A DNA stretch of 64,000 bases from Marsupella aquatica. Taxonomy: Eukaryota; Plantae; Marchantiophyta. The notes under the pieces are model-generated. The model saw nothing but the letters and a program-made list of their open reading frames with translations. It had not been told where the DNA came from and did not search any database. This document shows, one piece after another, positions 61,772 through 64,000 of this stretch. The stretch's first letter is position 1. Each line of letters starts with the position of its first letter. The stretch lies in contig OZ316891.1 in the NCBI GenBank assembly GCA_973895155.1, positions 1,665,324 to 1,729,323 of the forward strand. Direction: 5' to 3'. A program made the translations under genes and the position numbers.

Positions 61772-62921
61772 GTTCTACTGTTGTTCTGCAGCGCACGCGA
61801 ATTAATGCAGGGCTAATCATTATCCAATGAGTGCCGGAATGCTAGCAGGCCCGTGGCCCCAGATCAAGGGTGTCAACTGAACTACCGAAGTTTCGCTACG
61901 AGCTTCCTCGTTCAGGACAGCATTGATTGGGCACGAGCATGAGCTTTTCGTCCTGTAGTTTGCTCCAAAGCATCGGGTTGAAAGGGGCCATGATTAAAAT
62001 ACAACCGTCGTCAACTTTATTTAAAAAATCAAAACGAAAAAAGGGACGAGAGCTACGAAACTTCGGTGAAGCCGACTCTCACCTTATGTGACCTAAGGTT
62101 GAAGAGTGTAAAATGCGTATCGTCCGTTTGTTGTGATCTGTGTGTATGTGAGAGTGACAGCATACAGTTCGTTGTGAACTTTATTGGGTTTGGGTTGGTT
62201 TGCCTGAGCACGATCCCGTGGCTCTGGTTGTTATAATTTTTATTTTTAGTGTTTCTACTTAGTGAGTTGACGGGCGCACCAAACACATTGTTACTGTTTA
62301 GGAGAGGCCAAGTGTCAATCAAACACATTGATAGACATAAGGGGCATGTTCATTTTACTTATAAAGTGTCAATTATAAGCTAGAGTTGGTACCTAGGTTT
62401 CTAGAGTTAAATCTCTAGACCATAACTCCATGTCTCATCATGTGGATGAGAAAATTCACGAGTATGATGTATGTCAATTGATAATCATGCATAGTTTTTA
62501 TCATCATTTTTATTTATATTGAAAATGAGCTCTATCGCCCACCATATGAAATGGGCATAGAAAGAGAAATGTGCATAGAAAAAAATAGAATATGTAATGT
62601 ATGATTATTAAAATGATCACATACATGATTATTTTTTTATCATTTCATTAACCTTCAAAAAATGTGAATAGGAAATATATTTTGGTTATAGTTTTATTGT
62701 ACTCCCTGTTATTCACATTCAAAGAACGGGTAGGCGAGGATAGTTGATATGAAAGAACCAACCAATTAAAATACCACTGGGCATATAAAAGGAGGAGTGT
62801 CCAAAAATTCTCAATTTTTCACTTTTCTCTCATCAGTGGGTAAATTCAATCAGACCACCTTGAGACTTTGCTCCACAATTTTGGGAAAAAATACTAAAAA
62901 TGGTGAAATATGTGTAACCAT

Positions 62922-62927
<6 letters not shown>

Positions 62928-62960
<33 letters not shown>
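62928..62960. repeat. (GA)n microsatellite
   Basis: About 16 GA units. Confidence 0.95.
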
Positions 62961-62965
<5 letters not shown>

Positions 62966-63056
62966 GAGTCCTGGCCAGTTTGAGCAGTTGTTGCTGGATT
63001 TCACTTTCTTTGTCCCCCAACAGAGAAGAAAATTAACCAAATGAACGATTTCACAT

Positions 63057-63352
63057 CTTGGGGGTTTCACTTCCACAAAAATGACATATCATGTGCGACG
63101 AAGTATATGATCATTTTATTGATTTGAAGGGAAAACTTAAAAATTTTCTGAGAAGAACAATAGGGTCTTTTAAATTCAATTTTGAGATTCATAAGAACAT
63201 TAGGGACCTTATAACCAAATTTTTGGAATATTCCAAAATATTCTAACTTTATAAAGGTTGAAAAATAATATTTTTTTCTTACATTTTAGGGGGTCTGAGG
63301 CCTAAAAACATCGTAGGTGATGGGGAGACATCCATATAGTGAGAGCCCCGAG
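63057..63352 (+). mobile_element. MITE family 2, nested in the long-TIR element
   Basis: tttcacat|cttgggggtttcac...gtgagagccccgag|cttcacat (7/8 TSD); body closely matches 21319-21614. Confidence 0.88.
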
Positions 63353-64000
63353 CTTCACATTGTAAGTTCAGTGGTATATTTCTGGAGCCTATAGGTCATA
63401 ATGTATCTGAGAACCTAGGAGAATTCTAGGGATCAAGTGGATTCATGAATTCACTAGTGTCAATGCCCTCGCAGTGTACAAATTAAATTTTGTCATTCAA
63501 GAATAAGTGATGTTGGGCTCAAAAGTGGCAGAACATAAATGACATGGTCAGGAAGTGGATTTGTGCGGGGAGTTGGTGAGTTTGTCTCACAACTCGATTT
63601 CAAGGAGTGTGCGTCTAGATGGAGGGAGTTATGTTGGGTTGGGTGAGTAAAAAATGGTTATGAAAAAATGTCAACATTGAACAGCTAGGGAGGCTTCCCA
63701 CCACAATGACATTTCATAAACAAACTATGATAAAACAAGAGCACGATTGAATATTCTAGTGTTACTTACCATTCATGACATGTACTAGAGCATGGACTGT
63801 AGACGATAAATTAACAAAGGGCCTCCACTTTAAAGAGGCACTAGCCATCGCAAAAACATGGTCATGCACAGATTTCACCATTTTTTAGTACTTTTCTTCT
63901 GAAATTGTGGAGCAAAGTCTCAAGGTAGTGGAGAGAGTAATGTGAAAAAGGAAGAAATCATGGACAGTTCTCCCTTTTATATGGCCAGTGGTGGTTTAAA

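Larger units (their letters stand above)
62766..64000. mobile_element. Long-TIR (Mutator-like) non-autonomous element, extends beyond the window
   Basis: 62766-62926 is inverted at 63855-64000 (ccactgg.catataaaagg, accttgagactttgctccacaattt, tactaaaaatggtgaaat); true ends and TSD not visible. Confidence 0.65.

Overview
Eukaryotic, transposon-dominated window with no recognisable host gene, RNA gene or CRISPR array. The TE content (DUF659-type hAT, CRE-like non-LTR elements, Ty3/Gypsy, CCCTAAA motifs) suggests a green plant, probably non-seed (inference only). Two large elements stand out. (1) A 9957-bp Ty3/Gypsy-type retroelement (47265-57221, minus strand, TGGC target-site duplication). Its pol carries a DNMT3-like cytosine methyltransferase between protease and RT and a PHD finger after a DDE integrase. 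Instead of two LTRs it has exactly partitioned split direct repeats (b1-ORFs-a1-b2-a2) with an internal copy of the end-to-end junction. (2) A 9815-bp hAT transposon (23307-33121, ATTTAAAA TSD) carrying an intact protein kinase ORF and a coiled-coil/RING-H2 gene convergent with its transposase, with two related MITEs nearby. The rest is CRE-like fragments, a second 8-bp-TSD MITE family (4 copies), a solo LTR, a palindrome-rich non-autonomous TIR element with CACAGTG near its ends, hairpin tandem arrays and a long-TIR element running off the right edge. All calls are from reading the sequence by eye; no searches were run.
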